64,000 nt of DNA from an uncultured Candidatus Bathyarchaeia archaeon (GCA_964556565.1 CAZKWF010000001.1:33035-97034); one strand, 5' to 3'; numbered from the stretch's first letter, positions 1 through 10,194 are shown. Translations and numbers: made by a program. The notes: generated from the sequence alone by a model not told the origin.

Positions 1-395
1 CAATATAGAATCGAAATGTTTATTAAATCTTACGACATAATATTACTTGGCAGAAACCAAAACCCAAAACACAGTATGCCACAGGTGGAAGCATGAGAAA
101 AACCCAACGCCAAAAATGGCTGATAAGCGCGTACGTAACTCAAATCTTCCACTACTGGGACACTTTCAGAATTGTAATGAGCATTCGCTGAAAACGTACG
201 CGCTATCCTATTTTTTAAAATTTCCACCACAAATACACACACGCAAGAAAGCCTTCTAGACAAAAAACTGAAATCACAACAATAATTATCAATCATATCC
301 AAGGAAAGCCTAAGATAAAATATAGTGAATACCTAGACTATTAGGTTTTATAATCAGAAGAGACATATAACTCGTCTTACAGGAGATTTTTAACC

Positions 396-1682
396 ATGCT
401 TAGTCGTTACGTGTCTAAGACACCCAAATCTCAGCAACTGTATCAAAAAGCTGAGAGAGTTCTTCCCGCTGGAGTCTCATATTTCCTCCGACACATAGAG
501 CCTTATCCCTTCTACACAGCGAAAGCAAAGGGAAGCAAACTGACCGATGTAGATGGAAACGAATACATCGATTTCTGGCTCGGCCACACCGCCCTCATCT
601 TGGGACACAGCCCACCAGAAGTCATGAAAGAAGTTAGAAGACAAATTGATAATGGAACCCATTACGGAACAGCGCACGAACTCGAAATCGCCTTAGCCGA
701 ACAGATAGTGAAGATGGTTCCAAGCGCTGAAATGGTTCGCTTCACGAACTCCGGAACCGAAGCAAACATGTACGCCACACGACTAGCCCGCACATACACT
801 AACAGAGACAAAATCGCAAAGTTTGAAGGCGGATGGCACGGAGGCTACGACGCTCTCGATATAGCTATCAAACCTCCGCTGGATGTTCCCGAATCCGGTG
901 GATTAACACCTGGAACCTTGAAGGATACAATTGCACTTCCATTCAACAACATTGAAGAAGCAAGAAGAGTGATAAAAAATGAGAGACTTGCTGCGATTAC
1001 CATGGAACCTGTGCAGGGAGCTGGAGGCTGCATCCCAGCCGAAAGAGAATTTCTACAAGAGCTGAGAGAATTGTGCACCGAAAATGGGACACTTCTAATT
1101 TTCGATGAAGTCATAACCGGATTCAGACTAGCACCTGGAGGAGCACAACAACACTACGGAGTCCTACCAGACATCACGGTGATGGGAAAAATCCTGGGAG
1201 GAGGATTCCCAGTCGGCGCCTTCGCAAGCCGCAAAGAAATCATGGACCGCATGAACCCTATTCTCCATGAACGACCAAAATTCTCCTTTCATGGAGGAAC
1301 ATTCTGCGCAAACCCCATCACTATGACCGCGGGCTTAGCAACACTAAAACTGCTCCAAGATGGACAACTGTTGAATAAACTGAACAAGCGTGGAAACAAC
1401 CTTCGACAAAAACTTTCCAACATCTTTGAGAAAAACCGCGTTGATGTTCAAGTTACGGGTGAGGGATCGCTTTTACACACACACTTCACACGCGAAAATG
1501 TGAAAGACGTTCGTGACGTTTTTCGAGCAGACCGAGGAAAACTGTTAGACTATCATATGCACTTGATTATGAACGGAGTCTTTTTCCTTCCAACGCGCAC
1601 AGGTGCATTGAGCACTGCACACTCAGAAAGCGACATAGAAAAGCTTTTGACAGAGGCAGAAATCTTCGCAAAGAAAGACTAG
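396..1682 (+). CDS. Class-III PLP aminotransferase, glutamate-1-semialdehyde 2,1-aminomutase (HemL)-like
   Basis: 428-aa ORF. Motifs DVDGNEYIDF, FTNSGTEANM and FDEVITGFR, plus the PLP-lysine context MGKILGGGFP, are typical of the GSA-aminomutase family. Confidence 0.85.
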   Translation: MLSRYVSKTPKSQQLYQKAERVLPAGVSYFLRHIEPYPFYTAKAKGSKLTDVDGNEYIDFWLGHTALILGHSPPEVMKEVRRQIDNGTHYGTAHELEIALAEQIVKMVPSAEMVRFTNSGTEANMYATRLARTYTNRDKIAKFEGGWHGGYDALDIAIKPPLDVPESGGLTPGTLKDTIALPFNNIEEARRVIKNERLAAITMEPVQGAGGCIPAEREFLQELRELCTENGTLLIFDEVITGFRLAPGGAQQHYGVLPDITVMGKILGGGFPVGAFASRKEIMDRMNPILHERPKFSFHGGTFCANPITMTAGLATLKLLQDGQLLNKLNKRGNNLRQKLSNIFEKNRVDVQVTGEGSLLHTHFTRENVKDVRDVFRADRGKLLDYHMHLIMNGVFFLPTRTGALSTAHSESDIEKLLTEAEIFAKKD

Positions 1683-1815
1683 TCACCAAGCCCTTATGTC
1701 AGAAATATCGCGTACACATTCAGTTACTCTTGCTTGTCAATTCCCTGTGTCGCTCAAATACTATGCAGTAGAGACGATTTCGCAAAGATTTCACAACATG
1801 TGGTCGAAAACTACG

Positions 1816-2475
1816 CTAAGACATTTTGGTATCCACTTTAAACCCGTATTCTGCTTTTCTCAAGTCTTCCAAAGTGTTAATGTTGAAAAAGGTTAGTAGT
1901 TTTGGGTCAAATTGTCGAAGAACTAGAGTAGAAACGTATCGTATGTCCTTCATGTGGGCTATCATAGATCGCAAGTCAAGTTTTTTCTCTTTCAAGGCAG
2001 CTTTTGTTACAATCAGAGCTGATTTTGTATGGTAAACAGCTTGAAGCGGTTCGATATATCCGTTAGGCCATCTAGGAATAACTGCACTTTTGTTGATACA
2101 CAAGTCCAAGAGTAGCGACGCTATCTGGCTTGAGACAAACGGCGTGTCGCACGGAAGAAGAAGTGAATATTTGCCTTTAGCATTCCCAAAGCCAGTTGAT
2201 GCGCCAATAAGAGGGCTTTGCGTTCTACTTTCATCGACTACTATTTTTGCTTTGCCTTGCAACAAGCATTCAATTGGGTTTATTTGGCCTTCTGAGCTGA
2301 CAACAACTACGGTTTCATCAACCACTCCAGAAATCGTATCAAGTACGTGGAGAACGAGGGGTTTACCCGCTAATTTAACCAGCCCTTTGTCCTGGCCAAA
2401 TCGCTTGGAGAAACCACCCGCAAGAATTACTGCCGATCTTTTCAGAAGCATCAGCCTCATTTCATTTGTAACCAT
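1816..2475 (-). CDS. mobA: Molybdenum cofactor guanylyltransferase (MobA-like NTP transferase)
   Basis: 219 aa. N-terminal AVILAGGFSKRFG nucleotide-binding loop and LLLPCDTPF motif. Confidence 0.8.
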   Translation of the reverse strand: MVTNEMRLMLLKRSAVILAGGFSKRFGQDKGLVKLAGKPLVLHVLDTISGVVDETVVVVSSEGQINPIECLLQGKAKIVVDESRTQSPLIGASTGFGNAKGKYSLLLPCDTPFVSSQIASLLLDLCINKSAVIPRWPNGYIEPLQAVYHTKSALIVTKAALKEKKLDLRSMIAHMKDIRYVSTLVLRQFDPKLLTFFNINTLEDLRKAEYGFKVDTKMS

Positions 2476-2566
2476 TCGTTCTCTTTCGCCAAGTCTCCCT
2501 TCTGCTCAATTTTTTTTGGTAAAAACACCTATCGCAAAACTTGATCTTTTGCATAACCGATTTCCT

Positions 2567-3463
2567 CTATACTTTCAATTCGGAGAGAACGTACTGGATT
2601 ATCTCGTCTGCAATGTTAATTGTAGTAACCGATTGTAATCCTCTCCATCCTGGTTGACTGTTCAGTTCAACTATCAGGGGTCCTTCGGGTCCTTCTAAGA
2701 TGTCGACGCCAGCCACTCTACAACCGATCACTTTCGCTGATTTCACCGCAAGATTCTCCATCTCTTTATCCAACTTCAACGCCACCGGCTTCGCGCCCAA
2801 GCTTACATTTGTTTTCCAGTTGTCAGCTATCCGTCTCATAGAGGCTACGACATGAACACCTAAAACCAACGCTCGAATATCGGAATTTCCATGAGGGATA
2901 AACTCTTGTATGTACAGAACACCGTGAAGGAAAGAAACTGCCCTGAACACTCTTGCAGCAACCTCTGGATCCGAAACTCTTGTGGAGCCAACTCCCCTTG
3001 ATCCAAACAAAGGCTTTACCACAACATCTTCTCCCAACTCGTAGAAGACCTTCAAAGCCTCATCAGGATTTTCTGTCACTGCTGTGCGCGGGACAGGCAA
3101 TCCGTGCTCCTCCAAAAGAGCCAGTGCACAGTATTTGTCTACTGAACGTTCAATGGACAACGGGGGATTAATGATCAGCATTCCTAGGCGTTCAAGGCGA
3201 TGCAGAAGGTCCATCCTGAAGATGATTTCCTCAAGAGAACCGCGTCCGATAGGGCGTATGATTAACGCGCGTAAATCTCTAAGGATGTCTGTCTTCTCTA
3301 CCGATGCTTTAGCCTTATGTTTGATGCGAGCAACGATTTTGGGAAAGCTGAAACACATAGGCGTGACGTTTCGCCTTTCCATTGCTCTTCGCAGTTGAGT
3401 GATGTCCCATCCATTCTCGTTTATCGTGACGATTCCCATCTCCAAAGCAGCATCCCTCATCAT
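2567..3463 (-). CDS. RimK-type ATP-grasp alpha-L-glutamate ligase (RimK/MptN/CofF family)
   Basis: 298 aa. ATP-grasp signatures VVVKPLFGSRGVG, YIQEFIP and AGVDILE...VELNSQPGW. Confidence 0.75.
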   Translation of the reverse strand: MMRDAALEMGIVTINENGWDITQLRRAMERRNVTPMCFSFPKIVARIKHKAKASVEKTDILRDLRALIIRPIGRGSLEEIIFRMDLLHRLERLGMLIINPPLSIERSVDKYCALALLEEHGLPVPRTAVTENPDEALKVFYELGEDVVVKPLFGSRGVGSTRVSDPEVAARVFRAVSFLHGVLYIQEFIPHGNSDIRALVLGVHVVASMRRIADNWKTNVSLGAKPVALKLDKEMENLAVKSAKVIGCRVAGVDILEGPEGPLIVELNSQPGWRGLQSVTTINIADEIIQYVLSELKV

Positions 3464-3527
3464 TAGCCTTTACTTGGATTAAGGAATAAAGGTTAGCGCC
3501 GCCAAACGCTTTTTTACCTGTGAGAAC

Positions 3528-4478
3528 CTAAAACCTATGAATATATTGTGCGAGTTGTTTGGCGTTTTCTATTTTCTCGGAGAGATTTAGATGCAGGTAC
3601 GCTCCAAACTCGTTGTAGTATGGTGGACCCCTCCTTGAAAACAACGTTAAAATCTTTCCATCATGATTTATCTTGAAACCTTCTCCAGTTGGTTCGTGCC
3701 CCCGAATTAACACTTTGGCATTCAACATTTTTAGAAGCTTCTTTGTGATATCTTCACCAAAAAGCCTTCCAGCTCCTCTAGGCGAGGGATAAATCCCCCT
3801 CACACCCTCTCTAGGATCACTCCAAAGTATCTCCTCCAGATGGGTTTCGCGCGGATGCTTCTCATGAGCGAAGGCTAAATCCTCTATTGTAGAAGCTTGG
3901 CTTGGCACTCCGCCGTGAAGCAAAACGTACCTTTCATTTACAAGCACTCCACTGTACAAATAGTTGAAAAGTCCACGTATCCTTGTATAGACCTGTGATG
4001 CAGCGTCGCCGAACTTCCTCTGCAGGTGAGCTGGCAAATCGTGTGGATGGGCGAGGAGGTCGTCGGGTCCTTCGTGATTGCCTCTCATAAGAACAACATG
4101 CTTTGGAAACAGTTCTTTGAGCTTTAAGATAACGTAGTAGACCTCGGGCGAGTGGAGTCCTCGGTCTCCGTAGTCTCCAAGGAAGATCATAGTGACATCT
4201 TCATCTTTACGGCTTTTCTTCATGAAATCGCCGCCTTTCAAGGCAATCAGGAGGCTTTCCAAGTCTCCATGGATGTCTCCAACGACGATTGCTTCACCTA
4301 CTGGCGGTGTTGAAACGAACCTGCCTGTAACTTGCCTGCTTCCTATTTGCCCGTTCTCTTTGGCCAATAGCTGCGTGACTTTTTCAACTAGCTGAAGAAA
4401 TTCGTTGCTATCTACTTTCTTAGCCATGTCGATCAAGTCAGAAGGTTCTTTAATGTTGACGACCACATTCATCACCAT
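3528..4478 (-). CDS. PPP-family Ser/Thr protein phosphatase (metallophosphoesterase)
   Basis: 316 aa. Contains the GDIHGD, GDYGDRG, RGNHE and LHGG motifs. Confidence 0.8.
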   Translation of the reverse strand: MVMNVVVNIKEPSDLIDMAKKVDSNEFLQLVEKVTQLLAKENGQIGSRQVTGRFVSTPPVGEAIVVGDIHGDLESLLIALKGGDFMKKSRKDEDVTMIFLGDYGDRGLHSPEVYYVILKLKELFPKHVVLMRGNHEGPDDLLAHPHDLPAHLQRKFGDAASQVYTRIRGLFNYLYSGVLVNERYVLLHGGVPSQASTIEDLAFAHEKHPRETHLEEILWSDPREGVRGIYPSPRGAGRLFGEDITKKLLKMLNAKVLIRGHEPTGEGFKINHDGKILTLFSRRGPPYYNEFGAYLHLNLSEKIENAKQLAQYIHRF

Positions 4479-4620
4479 TCGTCCAAATAAGTACTATAGA
4501 TGATTAAGCTTCTTCAAATATTGTTTCCAAGTCTCGGTTCTTGCCTGACCATTTTTTTGATGTTTTCACTTGGCGATTCATCTGTGGGTGTTAAAAAAGG
4601 GGCACCACTAGATGTTACTT

Positions 4621-4971
4621 CTAGTATGGAATGAAGCAGAGGAACTTTAGAGTTTTGTCTCCTATGTTTCTGAAGGAATGTGGGATGTTTGGTGGGATGA
4701 AGATTGCGTAGCCTGGGACGACGCATTTTTATTGGTCTCCGCATTCAACTAAGCATTGTCCATCTAGAATGAAGACTTCGTGTTCCCAACTGTGTGAGTG
4801 ATGTGCTGAGTGTCCTTCTGGCTTGACTTCGAAGTAGCGCATAGCGAAGTTTTTTGCGCCGTCATCTTTCGTTATCAACCATCTGACTTGGATGTCTTTG
4901 TATGCGGGGTCTTCCACTTTTGCTGCTTCTATTTCGCTGAAGTGAACAGCCTTAAATCCCAAATGTTTCAC
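4621..4971 (-). pseudogene. Cupin-domain protein interrupted by one in-frame TAA (4729-4731)
   Basis: The track ORF ends ...HSHSWEHEVFILDGQCLVECGDQ*. The same frame continues KCVVPGYAIFIPPNIPHSFRNIGDKTLKFLCFIPY to TAG at 4621-4623, which is the second cupin motif. GTG start at 4969-4971. Confidence 0.7.
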
Positions 4972-5054
4972 CTTCTCTTGTTTTGATTGCGATCTAACGA
5001 TTATATAAAACTAGTCTTGTGTAAGCGTGTTTTTGTCATGTTGTTTGCTTGTTT

Positions 5055-5097
5055 CTCTCTCTTTCTAAGCCTCCTATAACCCCCTATAATTTATTTT
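5055..5097 (-). promoter_or_regulatory. Conserved promoter/leader module copy (CT-tract, C-run, TATA-like box), facing the cupin gene
   Basis: Sequence ctctctctttctaagcctcctataaccccctataatttatttt. It lies 83 nt from the GTG at 4971 and belongs to the family with copies at 7876, 20243, 23499, 36173, 36229 and 56481. Confidence 0.55.
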
Positions 5098-5387
5098 AAT
5101 GAGCATCTATAGAGGAGGATCTGATTGAGTGTTCTGGTCTGTTTGTGATTTTTGTTTCTGTTTCCGAGTCCTCCTTGATCCGCCAATTTTTCAAGCGCAT
5201 AAACTGTAACGGTAGAGAGAACATCGTAATAGTAGCAGCAAGGGCCCTGAAATGTTGATTATATCTTCATAAACCTCTTAAAAGGGGTAGTTGACGTAGA
5301 ATTTGGCGATTGAAATGGGGATATTGTTGGTGGTGCCTCAGCTTGTTTCATCTATCCTCTGTGTCACATATATGGAACAATCATGCA

Positions 5388-6464
5388 ATGAATAATTTGT
5401 TTGGTGAAATTAGAATGATAGAGGTTGAAAAGAAGGGAATTGGAAAGGCAAAAGTTGGTTTATTGATACCTGTTATCTTAGTGGTCATACTTGCCGTTTC
5501 AAATGTCTGGTCTTATGCAACCCTACAAGACCAAATAAACACTCTTAGCAATGAGAGAGATAATCTGCAGAGTAACGCGAACACATTTCAGTCCCAAATA
5601 AATTCACTAAATACAACACATCAAGATTATGTATCAACGCACAATCACTCAAATTCTGAATACGATACGCTCCAATCTCAAGTAAGCACGCTCAAAAATG
5701 AGAATCTAATACTGCAAGCGCAGGTTGCTGGGATGAATGAGACGCTGACTTTGTTTGAAAGGCAAACAAGAGAAGTGTTTTACTTTAGAATTTTTTCATT
5801 GTACAACTACAAGACTGAAGAGTACTGGTATGCGTGGTACAAGATAAAATCTGCTGATTATTACAACTATAGGTTCGATGTTGAGACTCATGCTCCAGCA
5901 CTTTTGAACGATAGAGTTACTGAAGAGTTGATATCGAAGACTACTGGCTCTTGGAATGACTCGGAAAGCGATGTTATAGAAGAACTAGCGTACGATCTTT
6001 GGCAAGTTAGTCAAGGAGATGAGGAGGTATTCGTGAATCTTGTGATGCAACTCGTCCATCAACTTTGTTATAACGTGACATTATACACAAAATATCCCAT
6101 AGAGACACTAGTTGAAGTATCAGGGGATTGTGATAACTTAGCGGTCTTAACAGCATCGATACTAAATGCTGGCGGATTCGATGTTGTGCTCTTGCTTGTA
6201 TATGCCGATGGCGGAGGTCATTGTATGCTTGGAGTTTCCATGGATTCTCCGCCTGACGATCTTTATGGTTACGGAAGAATTGAGAGCTACTATGTAGATG
6301 ATGATGACGAGCGATACTGGTTGATCGAGGCTACTTGGGGAGACCCTGGAGGAGCCAATTGGATAGACCCTGCAACGCCTGAGGCTTACAATTACGTAGG
6401 TGCTTTTGTAGGGGACAATCCTTGGGAAGAGATAGAGATAGTAAGCATAATCCATCCAGACTAA
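5388..6464 (+). CDS. Membrane-anchored coiled-coil protein with C-terminal transglutaminase-like Cys-His core
   Basis: The track ORF starts at TTG 5310; the first in-frame ATG is at 5388. One TM helix (LLIPVILVVILAV), a Q/N/S-rich coiled coil, and GDCDNLAVL...GGHCMLGV...WLIEAT. Confidence 0.55.
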   Translation: MNNLFGEIRMIEVEKKGIGKAKVGLLIPVILVVILAVSNVWSYATLQDQINTLSNERDNLQSNANTFQSQINSLNTTHQDYVSTHNHSNSEYDTLQSQVSTLKNENLILQAQVAGMNETLTLFERQTREVFYFRIFSLYNYKTEEYWYAWYKIKSADYYNYRFDVETHAPALLNDRVTEELISKTTGSWNDSESDVIEELAYDLWQVSQGDEEVFVNLVMQLVHQLCYNVTLYTKYPIETLVEVSGDCDNLAVLTASILNAGGFDVVLLLVYADGGGHCMLGVSMDSPPDDLYGYGRIESYYVDDDDERYWLIEATWGDPGGANWIDPATPEAYNYVGAFVGDNPWEEIEIVSIIHPD

Positions 6465-6633
6465 CAATTGATTTAGATCAACCTTTGAGAGACTTTTTCG
6501 AGGCAAACAGAAGTCTACACATCAATATTCTATAGAGTGAATGTTGATGGACAAGTGTGTAGTTGCCGCTCTTTCCTTCCTCGTCCTGGATGCAGCAAAT
6601 TTATAAAAGAAGCGATGATGGACAGTATGCGGT

Positions 6634-7554
6634 ATGAGGCCATTTTTGGAATCCATGAAAGAGATGCAGGGTTACGTCTTAATTACTGTAGCGTCGATCT
6701 TATGGGGTACGCTGGGGATTCTCGCGAAGTTATCTTTTGAACATGGGGTTCTTCCAGAAACTTTGATTGCCTTGAGACTTGCCATTAGTTTCGCAACATT
6801 ATCGGTTGTTCTGGCATTATTTAGCAGAAAATCATTTAAAGTCAAGAAAACTGATGCACTTCTCTTTTTGATTTTTGGTGTGTTTGCCACGGCTCTTCAA
6901 AGGATTTCCTATTTTTATGCTGTGGATCTTACAACGGCCACAGTGGCAGCAATACTTTTCTACACATATCCTGTTTTTGTAACCATTTCAGCTTCTTTCT
7001 TTCTAAAGGAGAAAATTACATCAGAAGAATTGTTAGCTATTATTTTGACATTTTCAGGGGTTGCCCTTGTTGTTAGGATATATGACACATCCTCATTGAA
7101 AGGTAACCTTGTCGGAATAATCTTTGGACTGCTTTCAAGCCTTCTCTTCACCCTCTACTTCATGATAACTAAAGAACTTAGAAATAGGTACGCTAGTTGG
7201 ACGTTAACCATTTATGGCGACGGTGTAGGCTTGTTGACTCTAACACCAGTTATTTTCCTTTCTATTCCACAGATAATGAATTTTTCACTGCAACTTTGGT
7301 TACTGATTTTCACGATAGCTTGGATTCCCTCTCTTCTAGCTTACCTACTGTACTCTTACGCGTTAAAACATGTTAAAGCCTCGAAAGGAAGCATACTCTC
7401 AGTAATAGAACCATTGTCAGCAGCACTATTCTCTACAATTTTTATAGGAGAAAGCCTCGAAAAGCTGCAAACAGTAGGAATAGCGCTTGCGTTAATAGGA
7501 GTTGTCCTACTCTTCAGAATGAAAGAAAAACGCATAACAAGGGGATCAGAGTAG
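6634..7554 (+). CDS. EamA/DMT-family transporter
   Basis: 306 aa, about 10 hydrophobic helices, with a duplicated EamA-like architecture. Confidence 0.8.
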   Translation: MRPFLESMKEMQGYVLITVASILWGTLGILAKLSFEHGVLPETLIALRLAISFATLSVVLALFSRKSFKVKKTDALLFLIFGVFATALQRISYFYAVDLTTATVAAILFYTYPVFVTISASFFLKEKITSEELLAIILTFSGVALVVRIYDTSSLKGNLVGIIFGLLSSLLFTLYFMITKELRNRYASWTLTIYGDGVGLLTLTPVIFLSIPQIMNFSLQLWLLIFTIAWIPSLLAYLLYSYALKHVKASKGSILSVIEPLSAALFSTIFIGESLEKLQTVGIALALIGVVLLFRMKEKRITRGSE

Positions 7555-7875
7555 CAAAGGCGCTGATTAACAGTCTTTTAACTTCAGAATACCCACTAAA
7601 ACCTTTAGCGTCACAGCTTACGTTGACCAAAACAACGCGGTTGTCGATAACAAGTCACCACCACAACCCAAACATTTTCTTCGTATTGCTCTACTGATAC
7701 CACGCAAGTGTAAGAATTGTGGTGCATTTAAATCTTCAATGATTCATACCTTCCACACCTCGGACAAACGAACAGGCAAAACAAGTTTTCATTCAACATG
7801 CATCACAATGACAAGTGCGGGTCTATGCCTTTCTCAACACATTACACACACGATTGGCAGTTAACAAGCTTTCCA

Positions 7876-7915
7876 GCAACCACCCCCCTAGGTAGGGGGG
7901 TCTAGAAAGAGAAAG
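7876..7915 (+). promoter_or_regulatory. Promoter/leader module copy, palindromic subtype (CCCCCCTAGGTAGGGGGG + TCTAGAAAGAGAAAG)
   Basis: Matches the reverse complement of 23499-23540 at 43 of 44 positions. It ends 101 nt before ATG 8017. Confidence 0.55.
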
Positions 7916-8016
7916 ATTAACGTAAATAACAGAACAGAATAGTTAACTTTTCAGAGAAAGGCTTATAACATAGCAACGTTTTCTTGTGGCAATCTTCCAG
8001 AAAGGAGAATTACGCT

Positions 8017-8343
8017 ATGCAGATTGTCAAGGAACCATGTGGACACCAAACGCTCTACCGACTTGTAGACAAGCTAGATTGTATACTAGGTCGAGCAACA
8101 ACCTCAGAAACCGCTGAAGAAGTCAGACTACACGAGATCTACGTAAAGCCTGAACATCGCGGAAAAGGCTACGGAAGCACTCTCATACAAGCAATCCTCA
8201 ACGGAGACAAAACAAAACTGATAACATTATGCACAGGATTTACAAACATTCCATTCTTCAAACGACACAACTTTGAAGTAACAGAAACCAGTGACAGCCT
8301 AGTTTTTATGAGCAGAAAAACATTGACACCCAAGATACAGTAA
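8017..8343 (+). CDS. Small GNAT-family N-acetyltransferase
   Basis: Acetyl-CoA motif IYVKPEHRGKGYGSTLIQ. ATG 8017 is preceded by AAAGGAG (8001-8007). The track start is TTG 7984. Confidence 0.6.
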   Translation: MQIVKEPCGHQTLYRLVDKLDCILGRATTSETAEEVRLHEIYVKPEHRGKGYGSTLIQAILNGDKTKLITLCTGFTNIPFFKRHNFEVTETSDSLVFMSRKTLTPKIQ

Positions 8344-8426
8344 CAGCATTCTGAAACTGCTCTCCTTTTACAAGCTACAAAAAATTATTGTCTCTCATTA
8401 TACATAATGAATGTTAGGGCTTCAAC

Positions 8427-9464
8427 TTGGGAGTCAACCTCACACCCATCATAATCAAAAAAACAATACGTTTAGAAGACCTCAGAGACAAAAACCTTGC
8501 AGTAGACGCCAACAACACACTATATCAATTCTTATCGCTAATTCGAACACCAGACGGAACACCCCTAAAAGACTCAAACGGACACATCACCTCCCACCTC
8601 ACAGGACTCATGTTCCGCTCCACACACCTAATACACAATTACGGAATCAACCTAATCTTCGTTTTCGACGGAAAACCCCCACCACTCAAAGAACAAGAAA
8701 TCGCAAAGAGACGAGAACTCCGAAAAAAAGCCACAAAAGAATGGGAAAAAGCACTCGAAACAAAAGACTACGCCACAGCATTCTCCAAAGCAGTTATGAC
8801 AAGCCGCTTGACAAAACCATTAATTGATGACGCAAAACAACTCCTCAAACTCCTCGGAATACCTTTTATTCAAGCACCCAGCGAAGCTGAAGCTCAAACA
8901 TCCTACATGGCTGCAAGAGGCGACGTTTGGGCTTCAAGCAGTCGTGACTACGACGCTCTTCTTTTTGGATCACCCCGCCTCTTAAGATATCTCACAATCT
9001 CAGGCAAGGAGTTTCTACCCAGCAAGGGAGTTTCTCGACCATTGAAACCAGAACTCATCGACTTGAAGAAACTCCTTTCCTATCATGAACTCACTCATAA
9101 ACAACTCATAGACCTAACAATCTTGATTGGAACCGACTTTAATAATAGAGTGAAAGGAATAGGCCCTAAAACAGCCTTGAAGCTGTTGAAAAAATATGGT
9201 AACATAGAGAAACTACCCAGCAACGTTAGGTCAAAGGTTCCTGAACACTACAATGAGGTTCGAAAAATCTTCTTAAAACCTAACGTCACATCTGACTACG
9301 CTCTTAAATATGGAAAACTCGACGAAAAGAACCTCCATCAATTTCTCTGTAACCAACGAGATTTTTCTGAAAAAAGTGTAGGAACTGTTATTCAAAGAAT
9401 GAAGAAGTTTTACTCAACCAAAAAACAAACTAGCCTGAAAAAATGGTTTGCCATGCCTAACTAG
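8427..9464 (+). CDS. fen: Flap endonuclease 1 (FEN-1)
   Basis: 345 aa with a TTG start. MGVNLTPII..., AVDANNTLYQFL, FVFDGKPPPLK and GTDFN match the XPG-N/XPG-I organisation. Confidence 0.95.
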   Translation: MGVNLTPIIIKKTIRLEDLRDKNLAVDANNTLYQFLSLIRTPDGTPLKDSNGHITSHLTGLMFRSTHLIHNYGINLIFVFDGKPPPLKEQEIAKRRELRKKATKEWEKALETKDYATAFSKAVMTSRLTKPLIDDAKQLLKLLGIPFIQAPSEAEAQTSYMAARGDVWASSSRDYDALLFGSPRLLRYLTISGKEFLPSKGVSRPLKPELIDLKKLLSYHELTHKQLIDLTILIGTDFNNRVKGIGPKTALKLLKKYGNIEKLPSNVRSKVPEHYNEVRKIFLKPNVTSDYALKYGKLDEKNLHQFLCNQRDFSEKSVGTVIQRMKKFYSTKKQTSLKKWFAMPN

Positions 9465-9550
9465 TATTTTTGAGACGTAACCGTCATTTACTTCTGAATC
9501 TCCGAACGGCAAGACAGAACTGACCAAGAAAAAAGACAAGGCCCTTTAGG

Positions 9551-9844
9551 CTACTCAGTTTCGCCTTCCTTCGCTTCCTCTACGGTTTCTGCTTCCACTT
9601 TTTCCTCCGCTTTTCCAACCACTTCTGCTTCAGCGAATCTTCGACTTATCTTAGTTATCTTTATCCGCACATGCTCACCAGGTTTGGCATTTGGAATGAA
9701 GCACACGAGTCCCTTGATTCGCGCAATGCCTTCGCCTCGACGGCTAGTCTCTTGAATTTCCACATCGTATTCTTTTCCTAACTCAACGGGTTTTGGGGGA
9801 AATCGTGAGGCATATCCTCTGCGCTCTCCTCTTTCATATCTCAT
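9551..9844 (-). CDS. TRAM-domain protein
   Basis: 97 aa. GKEYDVEIQETSRRGEGIARIKGLVCFIPNAKPGEHVRIKI is a TRAM beta-barrel signature. Acidic C-terminal tail. Confidence 0.85.
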   Translation of the reverse strand: MRYERGERRGYASRFPPKPVELGKEYDVEIQETSRRGEGIARIKGLVCFIPNAKPGEHVRIKITKISRRFAEAEVVGKAEEKVEAETVEEAKEGETE

Positions 9845-9903
9845 GTTTTCACCTCTGCTTATTTTTGAACAAAACTCTTCATTTTAAAGAAACTGATGTT
9901 GAC

Positions 9904-10194
9904 CTATGTGATGTTCAGGGTCCCGTATTTCCCTACGTTTAGTTGAATCTCTCCTCTGAACGAAGTGATATATCCGTTTTCAATCTTGACTGTGTCGTCA
10001 ACGTTAACTTGATCGATTTGTTCGTTCCACAGAGTTAGCTTTATTGTACCAGTGTCGTCGCTAACGAGAGCATCCGCAACGCGGTATGTCTCATTTTTGT
10101 ACCTTGACTGAACCTCACGAGGATCTGATTTTTCGGTCACCTTTGCTACGACATTTACTCTCCGCATTCCATTCCTCAACTCTTTAATTTTCAC
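9904..10194 (-). CDS. Single OB-fold nucleic-acid-binding protein (short SSB/RPA-like)
   Basis: 96 aa. OB pattern VNVVAKV...DDTGTIKLTLWNEQ...V.IENGYI. Has a 4-nt ATGA overlap with the upstream TRAM gene. Confidence 0.7.
   Translation of the reverse strand: MKIKELRNGMRRVNVVAKVTEKSDPREVQSRYKNETYRVADALVSDDTGTIKLTLWNEQIDQVNVDDTVKIENGYITSFRGEIQLNVGKYGTLNIT

Noticed and set aside
180-300. An A/C-rich stretch with ...ACACACACGCAAGAAAGCCTTCTAGACAAAAAAC... upstream of the aminotransferase gene, considered as an eighth module copy.
   Set aside because: It shares TCTAGAC and an ACAC-rich tract, but it lacks the G/C run, the GA/CT tract and the TATA-like box in the right order and orientation. It is also too close to the window edge to judge.
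8411-8827. 138-aa ORF (R/T/K/P/N/H-rich) overlapping the 5' part of fen. Similar alternative-frame ORFs occur at 20397-20819, 35114-35341, 35342-35794, 22929-23156 and 4514-4744.
   Set aside because: These are low-complexity translations produced by the A/C-rich sense strand in the skew zones. Each overlaps a well-supported conserved gene in another frame. The exception is 20397-20819, whose first ~30 codons may matter for the psmB start problem.
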